Below are positions 26,066-34,307 of a stretch of 64,000 nt of DNA, piece by piece. How positions within the stretch are numbered: position 1 is the first letter of the stretch; the number at the start of each line of letters is the position of its first letter. The stretch covers positions 422,327 through 486,326 of the forward strand of contig CAYGOD010000002.1 of NCBI GenBank assembly GCA_964351525.1. Reading direction: 5' to 3'. The position numbers and the translations under genes are program-made. The notes under the pieces are model-generated. The model was not told the DNA's origin and did not search any database. It saw only the letters and a list, made by a program, of their open reading frames with translations. Origin of the DNA: an uncultured Bdellovibrionales bacterium. Lineage in GTDB: Bacteria; Pseudomonadota; Alphaproteobacteria; Micavibrionales; GCA-2720935.

Positions 26066-26692
26066 TTAGGTGTCTGCGTCTTGTACTTTTTCCTTATTGG
26101 CAATGGCGCATTTCATATGGCCGTAGATTTGGATGGCTTGATGGTTTAGGGCTTTTTTAATTTTCTTGGGCTCTATGACATCTTTGAAGGATTCTAGCGT
26201 TTCAATAACGGGGTCGATATTATTGCCGAAATTCTCAACGATGAAGTCTAGGTTGGTGCCGCTTTTTTGTAAGGCTACATTCGTTTTTAAGCGATTGGTT
26301 GTTGAAAAATGTGAGGCTTTCAAATAACCAAAAACATTCTCTTTATCGAGCCATGCATTCCATGTTGGTGTTGCTTTTAATTTTAATTTTTCATCTAAAT
26401 GATAGCGGATATTATGGGCATGTGTATTCAGATTATTATTGAGATAATCATAGGTACTGAACAGTGTTTGTAGCTGTGTGGTTTTTAGTTCTCGAGCATT
26501 ATTTTGTTTGCTTTCATACAAAACAAATAATAATGATGGAAGGGTAAAGAGTGCGGTAACGCCAGCAAGGAAATCACCTATCTGACTAGGGTTATTCAAA
26601 AATGACCGTACCATATCATTGCTATCGAGCCATGTTATATATCCTATACAAGCTAAGATCACGGCGCCAAACCAGATGAGTGTGTATTTCAT
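26066..26692 (-). CDS. Two-TM membrane protein resembling putative phage abortive-infection (putAbiC-type) proteins
   Basis: 208 aa. It has an N-terminal TM, then the QIGDFLAGVTALFTLPSLLFVLYESKQ motif, which recalls the GxIGDxxGG-TM2 signature of that family, and a soluble C-terminal domain. This is based on recall only. Confidence 0.35.
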   Translation of the reverse strand: MKYTLIWFGAVILACIGYITWLDSNDMVRSFLNNPSQIGDFLAGVTALFTLPSLLFVLYESKQNNARELKTTQLQTLFSTYDYLNNNLNTHAHNIRYHLDEKLKLKATPTWNAWLDKENVFGYLKASHFSTTNRLKTNVALQKSGTNLDFIVENFGNNIDPVIETLESFKDVIEPKKIKKALNHQAIQIYGHMKCAIANKEKVQDADT

Positions 26693-26799
26693 TGCGCTTT
26701 AATCCTTCTAATTATATAGCCTATGGGTGTTTTTAATTTAGCAGGATATGTGCGTTGAAACTAGTGCGTTTAAATATTTTTAACGATTGGGTGCTATGC

Positions 26800-26836
26800 T
26801 AAAAAAAGAGGTCGGCCCTGTTTATAGAGCCGACCA
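26800..26836 (-). terminator. Rho-independent terminator of the flgF-flgG-flgA-flgH unit
   Basis: The minus strand reads GGTCGGC-tctataaacagg-GCCGACC, then CTCTTTTTTT. Confidence 0.6.
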
Positions 26837-26940
26837 GAGTTTGGTGGGTGAGATAACTAAACTTATTTTTTCTTCTGTTTTTTCCTTGCGTTGCCCTTTT
26901 GGGCGGCGCTTTTTTTTATGTGGAAAAAGTCGGTAGAAGG

Positions 26941-27723
26941 TTAAAATGGATAAATAATATCAAGAACCTGTTGTCCATAGCGGGGTTGTTGAACATCAGA
27001 GATCTGTCCGCGTCCGCCATATGAAATACGGGCTTCGGCGATTTGATCATAATTAATTGAATTACCTGGTGAAATGTCCACTGGACGAATGACGCCAGCG
27101 ACTTTTAGTTCGCGTACTTCAAAGTTTAAGCGCACTTCTTGTTTGCCAGCAATGACCATATTGCCATTGGGTAAGACATCGGCAACAACGGCGGCAATGC
27201 GTGTTTCAATTTTTTCTTCACGTTCAATTTCACCGGTACCAACGTTGTTTGTTTGACCATCAATATTAACCAAATTCGGCAATGTTGCGGCGCCTGGTAA
27301 AATCTTATCTAAGTACGATTCAAAACCAAGAGCCGTGTTCAGGTTATTATTTTCAGTGTTCTGACGCGTACGTGTTGTTTCGTTTGTTAGCTCCGCTGTA
27401 TCATCAATTTCAATGATAACGGTTAAAATATCACCAATATCAGAGGCGCGTTGATCTTTGAAAAAGCCCTTACGACTAGCTTGCCACAGAGAGTTTTTCA
27501 CGGAAGAATCCGCTTGTTGTACAGTCTCTGGCATCGGCATAGAAACAAAATTATAATCGGGTGTTTCTTTTACATTCTCGATGGGCGCTAAAGCGGGTGC
27601 TTTGCCAATATTTTGCATACGATCTGCAACCGATGAGCACGCCGTTAATGAAATGCTCAGGGCAATAATAGCCGTCATGTTCAGCAAGTGTTTTTTATAT
27701 GTTTTTTGTTTCATCTTATTCAT
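26941..27723 (-). CDS. flgH: FlgH, L-ring lipoprotein
   Basis: Lipobox LSISLTAC followed by the conserved FlgH body (…GDILTVIIEIDD…, C-terminal …ISYGGRGQISDVQQPRYGQQVLDIIYPF). Confidence 0.95.
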   Translation of the reverse strand: MNKMKQKTYKKHLLNMTAIIALSISLTACSSVADRMQNIGKAPALAPIENVKETPDYNFVSMPMPETVQQADSSVKNSLWQASRKGFFKDQRASDIGDILTVIIEIDDTAELTNETTRTRQNTENNNLNTALGFESYLDKILPGAATLPNLVNIDGQTNNVGTGEIEREEKIETRIAAVVADVLPNGNMVIAGKQEVRLNFEVRELKVAGVIRPVDISPGNSINYDQIAEARISYGGRGQISDVQQPRYGQQVLDIIYPF

Positions 27724-27782
27724 TGTCCCACTCCTTATTTATTTGTATCAAATATGTTATTTATTTGTTTTTATTTTATTAT

Positions 27783-28769
27783 TTAAAATGCAATTGTTGT
27801 ACCAGACTGTACGCGGACCAAATTATCATCTTCGACGATGGCCTCTATAATGCGATTACTTGTGCTGTTTGCGACACGAATGAGGTCACCTTTAGCACCA
27901 TTTTCTAAGGCACGTCCTTTAGATGTTAATTGTAATTTCCCTGTATCTAATAACATTGTCACGGCACTGCCTTTTTTAACAACTTCAGGGGCTTGAACAT
28001 CGGACAAACGGATGGCGGTTTGGCTGTTCACAAAGCGTCTTGGTGTCATACCGATAAGTTGTTCGGCATCCACCACATTGTTACGCGCCACTTTACCCAA
28101 TTCCATTTCTACCCAGTTAATGTCATTCATTGTAATGACGTCACCATTGCGCATTTTTTCGGCTAAAACAGGTATTTCTGTTAGGCGTGTTACGCGACCA
28201 ACCACACGGTGTGTTTTGTTGTCGTCTGTTTTGAAGACTGCATCAACGCGGCCTGTGCGACTATCGTAATCAAGTGTTTCAATATCAACCACGGCGTTAT
28301 ATTTGCTTGGTAAGATAATGTCATTCATGCGACTGCCCAATTCAACCTTAAATGTACCAAGATTATGGTCTTGTACGATTTTGTCTTCTAGGGCGTTTTT
28401 AATGTCTTTCATGGTAATAAGGGTGGCATCACGTGTTATTTTGACGGTATCTTGCGCGTAACTACCCTGCCAATCTAGATCGAAAGACAACGCAATTTGA
28501 TTGAGATCATAGCTGTTTAATTTCATCTCATGGCCTGGCGCCGGGGCGGGTGCCAGAACAAAAGATTTATGTTTGGTAATACCGTTAAAGACATCACCCA
28601 ATGTTAAGACATCCTTTTCAAGCATTATCGTTTCATTCACACTCAAAGGTGCTTTTGCCGATGCCTTCTTGGCTGCCTGTGCATTATTCATCAGGGGCGT
28701 TGCGCATAAAAATGCGATTGCTACCGTGCCTAATAATGCTTTTTTAAATGTATGTTTCATTGTTTTCAC
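27783..28769 (-). CDS. flgA: FlgA, P-ring assembly chaperone (long form)
   Basis: Signal peptide and a C-terminal SAF/FlgA region …VKKGSAVTMLLDTGKLQLTSKGRALENGAKGDLIRVANSTSNRIIEAIV. Confidence 0.8.
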   Translation of the reverse strand: MKTMKHTFKKALLGTVAIAFLCATPLMNNAQAAKKASAKAPLSVNETIMLEKDVLTLGDVFNGITKHKSFVLAPAPAPGHEMKLNSYDLNQIALSFDLDWQGSYAQDTVKITRDATLITMKDIKNALEDKIVQDHNLGTFKVELGSRMNDIILPSKYNAVVDIETLDYDSRTGRVDAVFKTDDNKTHRVVGRVTRLTEIPVLAEKMRNGDVITMNDINWVEMELGKVARNNVVDAEQLIGMTPRRFVNSQTAIRLSDVQAPEVVKKGSAVTMLLDTGKLQLTSKGRALENGAKGDLIRVANSTSNRIIEAIVEDDNLVRVQSGTTIAF

Positions 28770-28817
28770 CTTAAAATTATTTCTTAATTTCTATGATCGT
28801 GATGTCCTGCTTACGTC

Positions 28818-29603
28818 TTATCTAAGCTGAGCTGTCGTACTTAACATCTCGTCACTTGTACGAATAACTTTTGAATTCATTTCATAAGCACGCTGTGCAG
28901 TAATCATATTTGTAATCTCAGCAACAACGTCAACGTTTGAGTTCTCTAGGGCGCCCTGAATAAGATCACCAAAACCATCTTGACCTGGGTTGCCCGTGAT
29001 TGGGGAACCAGAAGCTGCGGTTTCAAGCAAGATATTATCACCAATGGCTTCTAAGCCTGCTTCATTAGGGAAAACGGCCGTTTGGATTTGCCCAACATTC
29101 GTCAAGTTAATCTGACCTTGGATTTTTGCAAAAACTTCGCCATTCGGGTTGATTGTCACATCAATCGTGTCGTCTGGGATCGTTAATCCAGGTTCTAGAG
29201 CAAAGCCTTCAGATGTTACAATTTCACCTGTTTCACTCATTTGGAATGATCCGGCGCGAGTATATCCTGTTTCACCGCTAGGCAATTCAATCTGGAACCA
29301 ACCTTTTCCATCAATGGCTAAATCAAGTTCGTTACTTGTGATCTGTAATGTTCCTTGCTCATGGACACGGTAAACTGAACCGGCCTTTACACCTGCACCT
29401 AGCTGAATACCGGCGGGAACAATTGTACCGACATCAGAAGAGTTAGAGCCAGGGCGCACAATATTTTGATATAAAAGATCGTGAAATTCTGGGCGTTGTC
29501 TTTTAAAGCCATTGGTGGTCATGTTGGCAATGTTGTTGGCAATAACGTCAACATTTAATTGCTGGGCTAACATACCTGTTGATGCAATATCAAGTGATCT
29601 CAT
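28818..29603 (-). CDS. flgG: FlgG, distal rod protein
   Basis: MRSLDIASTGMLAQQLNVDVIANNIANMTTNGFK … NVDVVAEITNMITAQRAYEMNSKVIRTSDEML. Confidence 0.95.
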   Translation of the reverse strand: MRSLDIASTGMLAQQLNVDVIANNIANMTTNGFKRQRPEFHDLLYQNIVRPGSNSSDVGTIVPAGIQLGAGVKAGSVYRVHEQGTLQITSNELDLAIDGKGWFQIELPSGETGYTRAGSFQMSETGEIVTSEGFALEPGLTIPDDTIDVTINPNGEVFAKIQGQINLTNVGQIQTAVFPNEAGLEAIGDNILLETAASGSPITGNPGQDGFGDLIQGALENSNVDVVAEITNMITAQRAYEMNSKVIRTSDEMLSTTAQLR

Positions 29604-29666
29604 GGGGTTATCTCCTTAGTTTTTATTATTATCTTTTTTGTTAAATTACTGTTTAATTGCTTTTAA

Positions 29667-30398
29667 TTATCCTGAAAGGCGGCCGAGCTTTTGAATGGCA
29701 CCGCGCATACGTTCATGTTCATTTTTGATGATTGTTTGGTTCATTTGGTACATACGAGAGATCTCAATCATCTCTGTCATTTGAACAACCGCTTGTACGT
29801 TAGAGCCTTCAACCATGCCTTGATATACTTCTGTATTTTTTGCGGGGTTTCCTTCGACCTCTGCAATATAAATACCTTGGCCTAACTCACGCAGTGTTTG
29901 ATCATTATCAAATTCCATTAATTTAAAGCTGTCTATGTCATTACCATCGACATAAATATTCCCTTTTTTATCAATAACAATCTCTGTTGCATTATCGGGG
30001 ATTACGATGGGGGCGTTACTGACGCCTAGTACTTTATTGCCAGAAGGGGTTACAATCTCATTGTTGCTGTTAAGGGCAAAACTACCGGCACGGGTATAGG
30101 CTTCGCCGCCTGTTCTTTCATTTTCAACGGCGAAATATCCTTGGCCTTGTAGGGCAAAATCATACGTGTTACTGGTGCGCTGAATTGGGCCTTGCTCAAG
30201 ATTGGTGAACATACCGTAATCCATGACCATGCGAGACGGGAACTTTTCGCCCATTTCGCCCATTTTCTCTTCGGTCTGCACCATGTGTTGGCTTTTAAAA
30301 CCAGAGGTTGATGCATTGGCAATGTTATTGGCGATCAAATTCATCTGCTGTTGCAGTGTCATTTGTTTTGATAACGAAATGTAGCTGGTATTTTCCAT
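29667..30398 (-). CDS. flgF: FlgF, proximal rod protein
   Basis: 243 aa with rod-family N- and C-terminal heptads. It lies upstream of flgG. Confidence 0.9.
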   Translation of the reverse strand: MENTSYISLSKQMTLQQQMNLIANNIANASTSGFKSQHMVQTEEKMGEMGEKFPSRMVMDYGMFTNLEQGPIQRTSNTYDFALQGQGYFAVENERTGGEAYTRAGSFALNSNNEIVTPSGNKVLGVSNAPIVIPDNATEIVIDKKGNIYVDGNDIDSFKLMEFDNDQTLRELGQGIYIAEVEGNPAKNTEVYQGMVEGSNVQAVVQMTEMIEISRMYQMNQTIIKNEHERMRGAIQKLGRLSG

Positions 30399-30499
30399 TT
30401 ATCTCTAACCCTTTTTTTAAGTGAGGCTTTATCGGCCCGTTTAAATCTCTTTTAGATATATGCGATCTTGCTTGCCGCGTTTTATCTGGTTTAATGTTT

Positions 30500-30515
30500 T
30501 GCACACACCGTGCCA
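30500..30515 (-). promoter_or_regulatory. Sigma-54 promoter for flgF-flgG-flgA-flgH
   Basis: The minus strand reads TGGCACGGTGTGTGCA with correct -24/-12 spacing, about 100 bp upstream of the flgF ATG. Confidence 0.75.
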
Positions 30516-30635
30516 AAAATATTTTATCATTATATAACAGTAGCTTGTTCTATTATAGGGGTGGGTTTTGTCTGTTATATGGGGATGTTTCTATTGCGGG
30601 ATAGCTAGGAAAAAACCGCCTTATTGAACAAAAAT

Positions 30636-30648
30636 GGCAAAAAATGCC
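30636..30648. promoter_or_regulatory. Dyad GGCAAAAAATGCC, candidate enhancer/operator
   Basis: It lies about 120-130 bp upstream of the flgF -24 element. The 13-mer is identical to the one at 42654-42666. Confidence 0.4.
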
Positions 30649-30838
30649 TGATTTGGTTCCTTGAGCCTTGGTAGCCGAAAGTGATCGTGTAAATATAGCG
30701 ACCATATGTATGTATAAGTTCTTGAATAAAGGGGTGAAAATACCCTATAGTTTTATAGGTCTATTTATAAAAGCGTTCTTGCTTTTAATTGTAGCTCAAA
30801 ACAAAAGACAATTTACGGCAGGAAAATGGAAAAAATCA

Positions 30839-31384
30839 ATGGTTGCTGATGCACAAGAAAATGATGAAGCATTCGATGATGAAGGCGCCGTTGAGGGTGA
30901 AGAAGCCCTAGGCGAAGAAGAGTCTGGGGGGTTTGGACCCAAACAAATCGTCTTGTTTATTGTTTTACCACTTTTGATTTTGGTCGGTGTTGGTGCCGGT
31001 CTCTATTTTGGCGGCTTTATTGGTGGCGGCGATGAGGCCCCTGTAGCAGCCGAAGAAATTATGGTTGATGATAAAAGTACGGGTATTTTCTATGATTTAC
31101 CTGATGTGATCGTAAACTTGAGTAATACAGGTCGTAAACCGCGCTTTTTAAAAATCAGTATTTCTCTGGAACTCGCAAAAACAGAAGATACCGCTTTGAT
31201 CGAAACGGTACTACCACGCGTCATGGATCATTTTCAAACATATCTACGTGAACTGCGTGAGCCGGACTTGCGCGGATCTGCCGGTATTTACCGTTTAAGA
31301 CTTGAATTATTAGCGCGTGTTAATGCCGCTATTTACCCTGAACAAGTTCGCGATATATTATTTAGGGAAATTTTGGTACAATAA
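30839..31384 (+). CDS. fliL: FliL, basal-body-associated protein (ATG at 30839 preferred over the TTG at 30668)
   Basis: It has an acidic N-terminus, one TM (IVLFIVLPLLILVGVGAGLYF) and the FliL core …RFLKISISLELAKTEDTALIETVLPRVMDHFQTYLREL…. Confidence 0.85.
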   Translation: MVADAQENDEAFDDEGAVEGEEALGEEESGGFGPKQIVLFIVLPLLILVGVGAGLYFGGFIGGGDEAPVAAEEIMVDDKSTGIFYDLPDVIVNLSNTGRKPRFLKISISLELAKTEDTALIETVLPRVMDHFQTYLRELREPDLRGSAGIYRLRLELLARVNAAIYPEQVRDILFREILVQ

Positions 31385-31424
31385 TTGCTAGGTAGTTCTT
31401 CGGGTGTATCTATCATTGGCTTAT

Positions 31425-31457
31425 CCAATAGATTGCTAATAGGTTGCCAATAGGTTG
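31425..31457. repeat. 3 x 11-bp tandem repeat in fliL-fliM spacer
   Basis: CCAATAGATTG CTAATAGGTTG CCAATAGGTTG. Confidence 0.8.
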
Positions 31458-31514
31458 TATGCCAGATAAAATTAAAGGATCTCTAATAGCCGCACGGTTA
31501 TAATGAATTAAGAT

Positions 31515-32642
31515 ATGACAGATCAGAACGCAAATATCGATAACGCCGAAACGGAAGACATGTCCGAAGAAGAGCGTAAGATGATGGAGGAATGGGATTC
31601 CATGGCCGATGGCGATGCTGTTGCTGATTCCGCTGATGGTGGTGTCTCTGCTGATGTAGATGATGAGCTTGGCGAAGATGGCGAAGCGCGTATTCTTAAT
31701 CAAGACGAAATTGATAGCCTCCTTGGCTTTGATGGCGATGAAGAAGGTGGTGAACGTTCTGGTCTCAAAGCCTTGGTTAATAGTGCCATGGTCAATTATG
31801 AGCGTCTGCCGATGCTCGATATTGTTTTTGATCGCCTTGTCCGCCTCATGTCAACAAGTCTGCGTAACCTTACATCTGATAATGTTGAAATTAGTTTAGA
31901 TCAAATTTCATCTGTTCGTTTTGGTGATTACCTTAACTCAATTCCTTTACCTGCTATGTTGTCTGTCTTTAAAGCCGAAGAGTGGGATAACTATGGCTTG
32001 ATGACTGTTGATAGTTCTTTGATCTACTCTGTAGTCGATGTTTTACTCGGTGGACGCCGTGGTACATCTGCAATGCGGGTTGAGGGTCGTCCCTATACAA
32101 CAATTGAGTTGCGTCTTGTTGAACGCATGATTACCGTGATGTTAGCTGATTTATCCTCTGCATTTGATCCGTTATCGCCTGTTACTTTCCGTATGGAGCG
32201 TATCGAAACCAATCCGCGTTTTGCTGCAATTACACAAGGAAATAATGCCTGTGTCTTGATAAATATGCGTGTGGATATGGGGGACCGTGGCGGTCGTGTT
32301 GAAATTCTCATCCCTTATGCAACCTTAGAGCCTGTGCGCGAATTGCTTTTACAGATGTTTATGGGTGAAAAATTTGGCCGTGATTCAATTTGGGAAAATC
32401 ACTTAACCAATGAGCTTTATAAAACAACGATTGAACTAGATGCTGTTTTGGGTGAGGCGACGGTTTCTCTTCATGATGTATTAAACTGGAAACCAGGATC
32501 AAAAGTTATTTTAGATAGTTTCCCCGAAGATCCTGTTGAAATGCGCTGTGGCGCGTTTCCTATGTTCCTTGGAACACCTGGTCAAAAAAAGGGCAATATT
32601 GCCATCCGTATCCAAGAAGATATTGAGAAAAAACCCGATTAA
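31515..32642 (+). CDS. fliM: FliM, C-ring switch protein
   Basis: 375 aa with the N-terminal CheY-binding-type motif ILNQDEIDSLLGF, the FliM middle domain and a SpoA C-terminus. Confidence 0.95.
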   Translation: MTDQNANIDNAETEDMSEEERKMMEEWDSMADGDAVADSADGGVSADVDDELGEDGEARILNQDEIDSLLGFDGDEEGGERSGLKALVNSAMVNYERLPMLDIVFDRLVRLMSTSLRNLTSDNVEISLDQISSVRFGDYLNSIPLPAMLSVFKAEEWDNYGLMTVDSSLIYSVVDVLLGGRRGTSAMRVEGRPYTTIELRLVERMITVMLADLSSAFDPLSPVTFRMERIETNPRFAAITQGNNACVLINMRVDMGDRGGRVEILIPYATLEPVRELLLQMFMGEKFGRDSIWENHLTNELYKTTIELDAVLGEATVSLHDVLNWKPGSKVILDSFPEDPVEMRCGAFPMFLGTPGQKKGNIAIRIQEDIEKKPD

Positions 32643-32679
32643 GTAACTATTTTAGTCATAGAAGAGAATAAATATATAG

Positions 32680-33099
32680 ATGTTTGCCCTTGGTTTAGAT
32701 TTCCTGATTTTGATTTTGTTAGCGATAGCCATCGTTTTCACATTCAAGCTATATAAACAATTACAGGATTTTAAGAAAAATAAAGAAGATTTCTTAAAAG
32801 CCATTATGGACTTAAATACGGCAACCGGAAGCGCCGAGCGCGCCATAGCAGGCTTGCGTCATAATTCAGATGAAATTGCGGGTAAGCTTCAAAGTGAAAT
32901 GAGTGAGGCCCAAAAATTATTTGATGAATTACATTTTATGAATGATGCGGGTAATAACTTGGCGCAGCGTTTGGAAAATTTAGCCGAAAAAGCCAACGAA
33001 TCCCATGGATTAAAGCAACCATCGGCGAAAAAAGCACCAAAAATAAAAAAGCGCACAAAAGCCGAAGAGGATTTGTTGAAAGCTTTGAAGGATAGTTAA
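32680..33099 (+). CDS. Small membrane-anchored coiled-coil protein of the fliLM unit (function unknown)
   Basis: 139 aa with an N-terminal TM (LDFLILILLAIAIVFTF), a helical region and a basic C-terminus. It abuts the next ORF, with a 1-nt gap. Confidence 0.5.
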   Translation: MFALGLDFLILILLAIAIVFTFKLYKQLQDFKKNKEDFLKAIMDLNTATGSAERAIAGLRHNSDEIAGKLQSEMSEAQKLFDELHFMNDAGNNLAQRLENLAEKANESHGLKQPSAKKAPKIKKRTKAEEDLLKALKDS

Positions 33100-33100
33100 A

Positions 33101-33799
33101 ATGACAAAGGCAGACCAAAAGAAAAGTTTTCTAAGGCGTCACGGTATTTTGCCAATCATATTGGTCGTGCTGGTTTTGGCGTTTGGTTTGCGTGGATTTA
33201 ACTTTGCTGAAGATGTGCAGCATATTGCACAAAACTTCACCCATGCCGGTTTTAATACTGCGGTCGCGGCGGATGGTGAAATGGTATCAAAAGATGATAT
33301 GGGCGGTGCGATGACGCCCGATAACGTCTTTGCCGAACCACCAATAATGCCGACCCGTGACTTTTTGGAAGAAGAGAATTTTTCTTCAAGCGAAGTCGAA
33401 ATACTACAATCCTTGTCTAAGCGCCGTAAAGACATTGATAAAAAAGAACGTGGGCTGCAGCAAAAAGAGGCGTTGTTAGCCGCGGCTGAAAAGCAGATTG
33501 AGACAAAGATGTCTGAGCTGAGTGCGCTACGTCAAGAAATTCAAAATTTACTTGGTCAACAGCAAGAAGAACAAGAGGGTCGCATAAACAGCCTCGTACG
33601 TATGTATGAGTCGATGAAGGCCAAAGACGCAGCGACAATTTTTGATACACTGGAGATGGAAGTCTTGTTAAGCGTGATTGGACGTATGTCTGAACGTAAG
33701 GCTGCACCTGTCTTGGCACAAATGAACCCTGAGGTTGCGCGCGAGGTCACGATTAATTTGGCCGCACAAAAGCAACTGCCTCAGCTGCCTGAAAACTAG
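33101..33799 (+). CDS. MotE/FlbB-like protein (MgtE-N-like domain)
   Basis: 232 aa with an N-terminal TM, a coiled coil and the C-terminus MYESMKAKDAATIFDTLEMEVLLSVIGRMSERKAAPVLAQMNPEVAREV, which is typical of the MotE family. Confidence 0.55.
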   Translation: MTKADQKKSFLRRHGILPIILVVLVLAFGLRGFNFAEDVQHIAQNFTHAGFNTAVAADGEMVSKDDMGGAMTPDNVFAEPPIMPTRDFLEEENFSSSEVEILQSLSKRRKDIDKKERGLQQKEALLAAAEKQIETKMSELSALRQEIQNLLGQQQEEQEGRINSLVRMYESMKAKDAATIFDTLEMEVLLSVIGRMSERKAAPVLAQMNPEVAREVTINLAAQKQLPQLPEN

Positions 33800-33921
33800 G
33801 ATATTCCTTAAAAACATAATATAAACCATGTTCTTATGCTTTCCAGCTTAAGAGTGTTTTAACTTTATATCGTCATAATAATGTTTATAAAAATAAGAAT
33901 AATCAGTGAGGAGATTATACC

Positions 33922-34305
33922 GTGGTTGATAAGTCGATGAATGTTTTGGTTGTGGACGATTACGCAACAATGCGCCGTATTATTAAGAATCTTTTGAAGC
34001 AATTAGGTTTTAACAATATCCAGGAAGCCGCCGATGGCAAAGAGGCCTTTGCTCTTGCCGGTAAGACAAAGTTTGGTCTGATTATATCGGATTGGAATAT
34101 GGAGCCCATGACAGGTTTAGAGCTCCTTAAGCAAATCCGTGCAACAGAGGCGACCAAGGCTACACCTTTCATCATGATTACGGCCGAGAGTAAAACGGAG
34201 AATGTTATCGCCGCCAAACAAGCAGGCGTTAATAATTATATTGTTAAGCCGTTTAATGCTGAAACATTAAAGCAGAAAATGTCGAGCGTTATCGGAGAAT
34301 TCTAA
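33922..34305 (+). CDS. cheY: CheY response regulator (GTG 33922 or ATG 33937)
   Basis: VLVVDD…LIISDWNMEPMTGLELL…ITAESK…YIVKPF. All receiver signature residues are present and it is a single-domain protein. Confidence 0.9.
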   Translation: MVDKSMNVLVVDDYATMRRIIKNLLKQLGFNNIQEAADGKEAFALAGKTKFGLIISDWNMEPMTGLELLKQIRATEATKATPFIMITAESKTENVIAAKQAGVNNYIVKPFNAETLKQKMSSVIGEF

Positions 34306-34307
34306 AT

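Noticed and set aside
30636-30648. GGCAAAAAATGCC (also at 42654-42666) considered as a sigma-54 -24/-12 promoter, because it contains GG…GC.
   Set aside because: GG and GC are 10 nt apart, not the invariant 12. The element is a perfect palindrome, which fits a dimeric DNA-binding protein better than a sigma-54 promoter.
30668-30838. Long TTG-initiated N-terminal extension of FliL given in the ORF track.
   Set aside because: The extension (…ICMYKFLNKGVKIPYSFIGLFIK…) lies in the AT-rich regulatory spacer and has an odd composition. The ATG at 30839 yields a typical FliL with an acidic N-terminus and a single TM.
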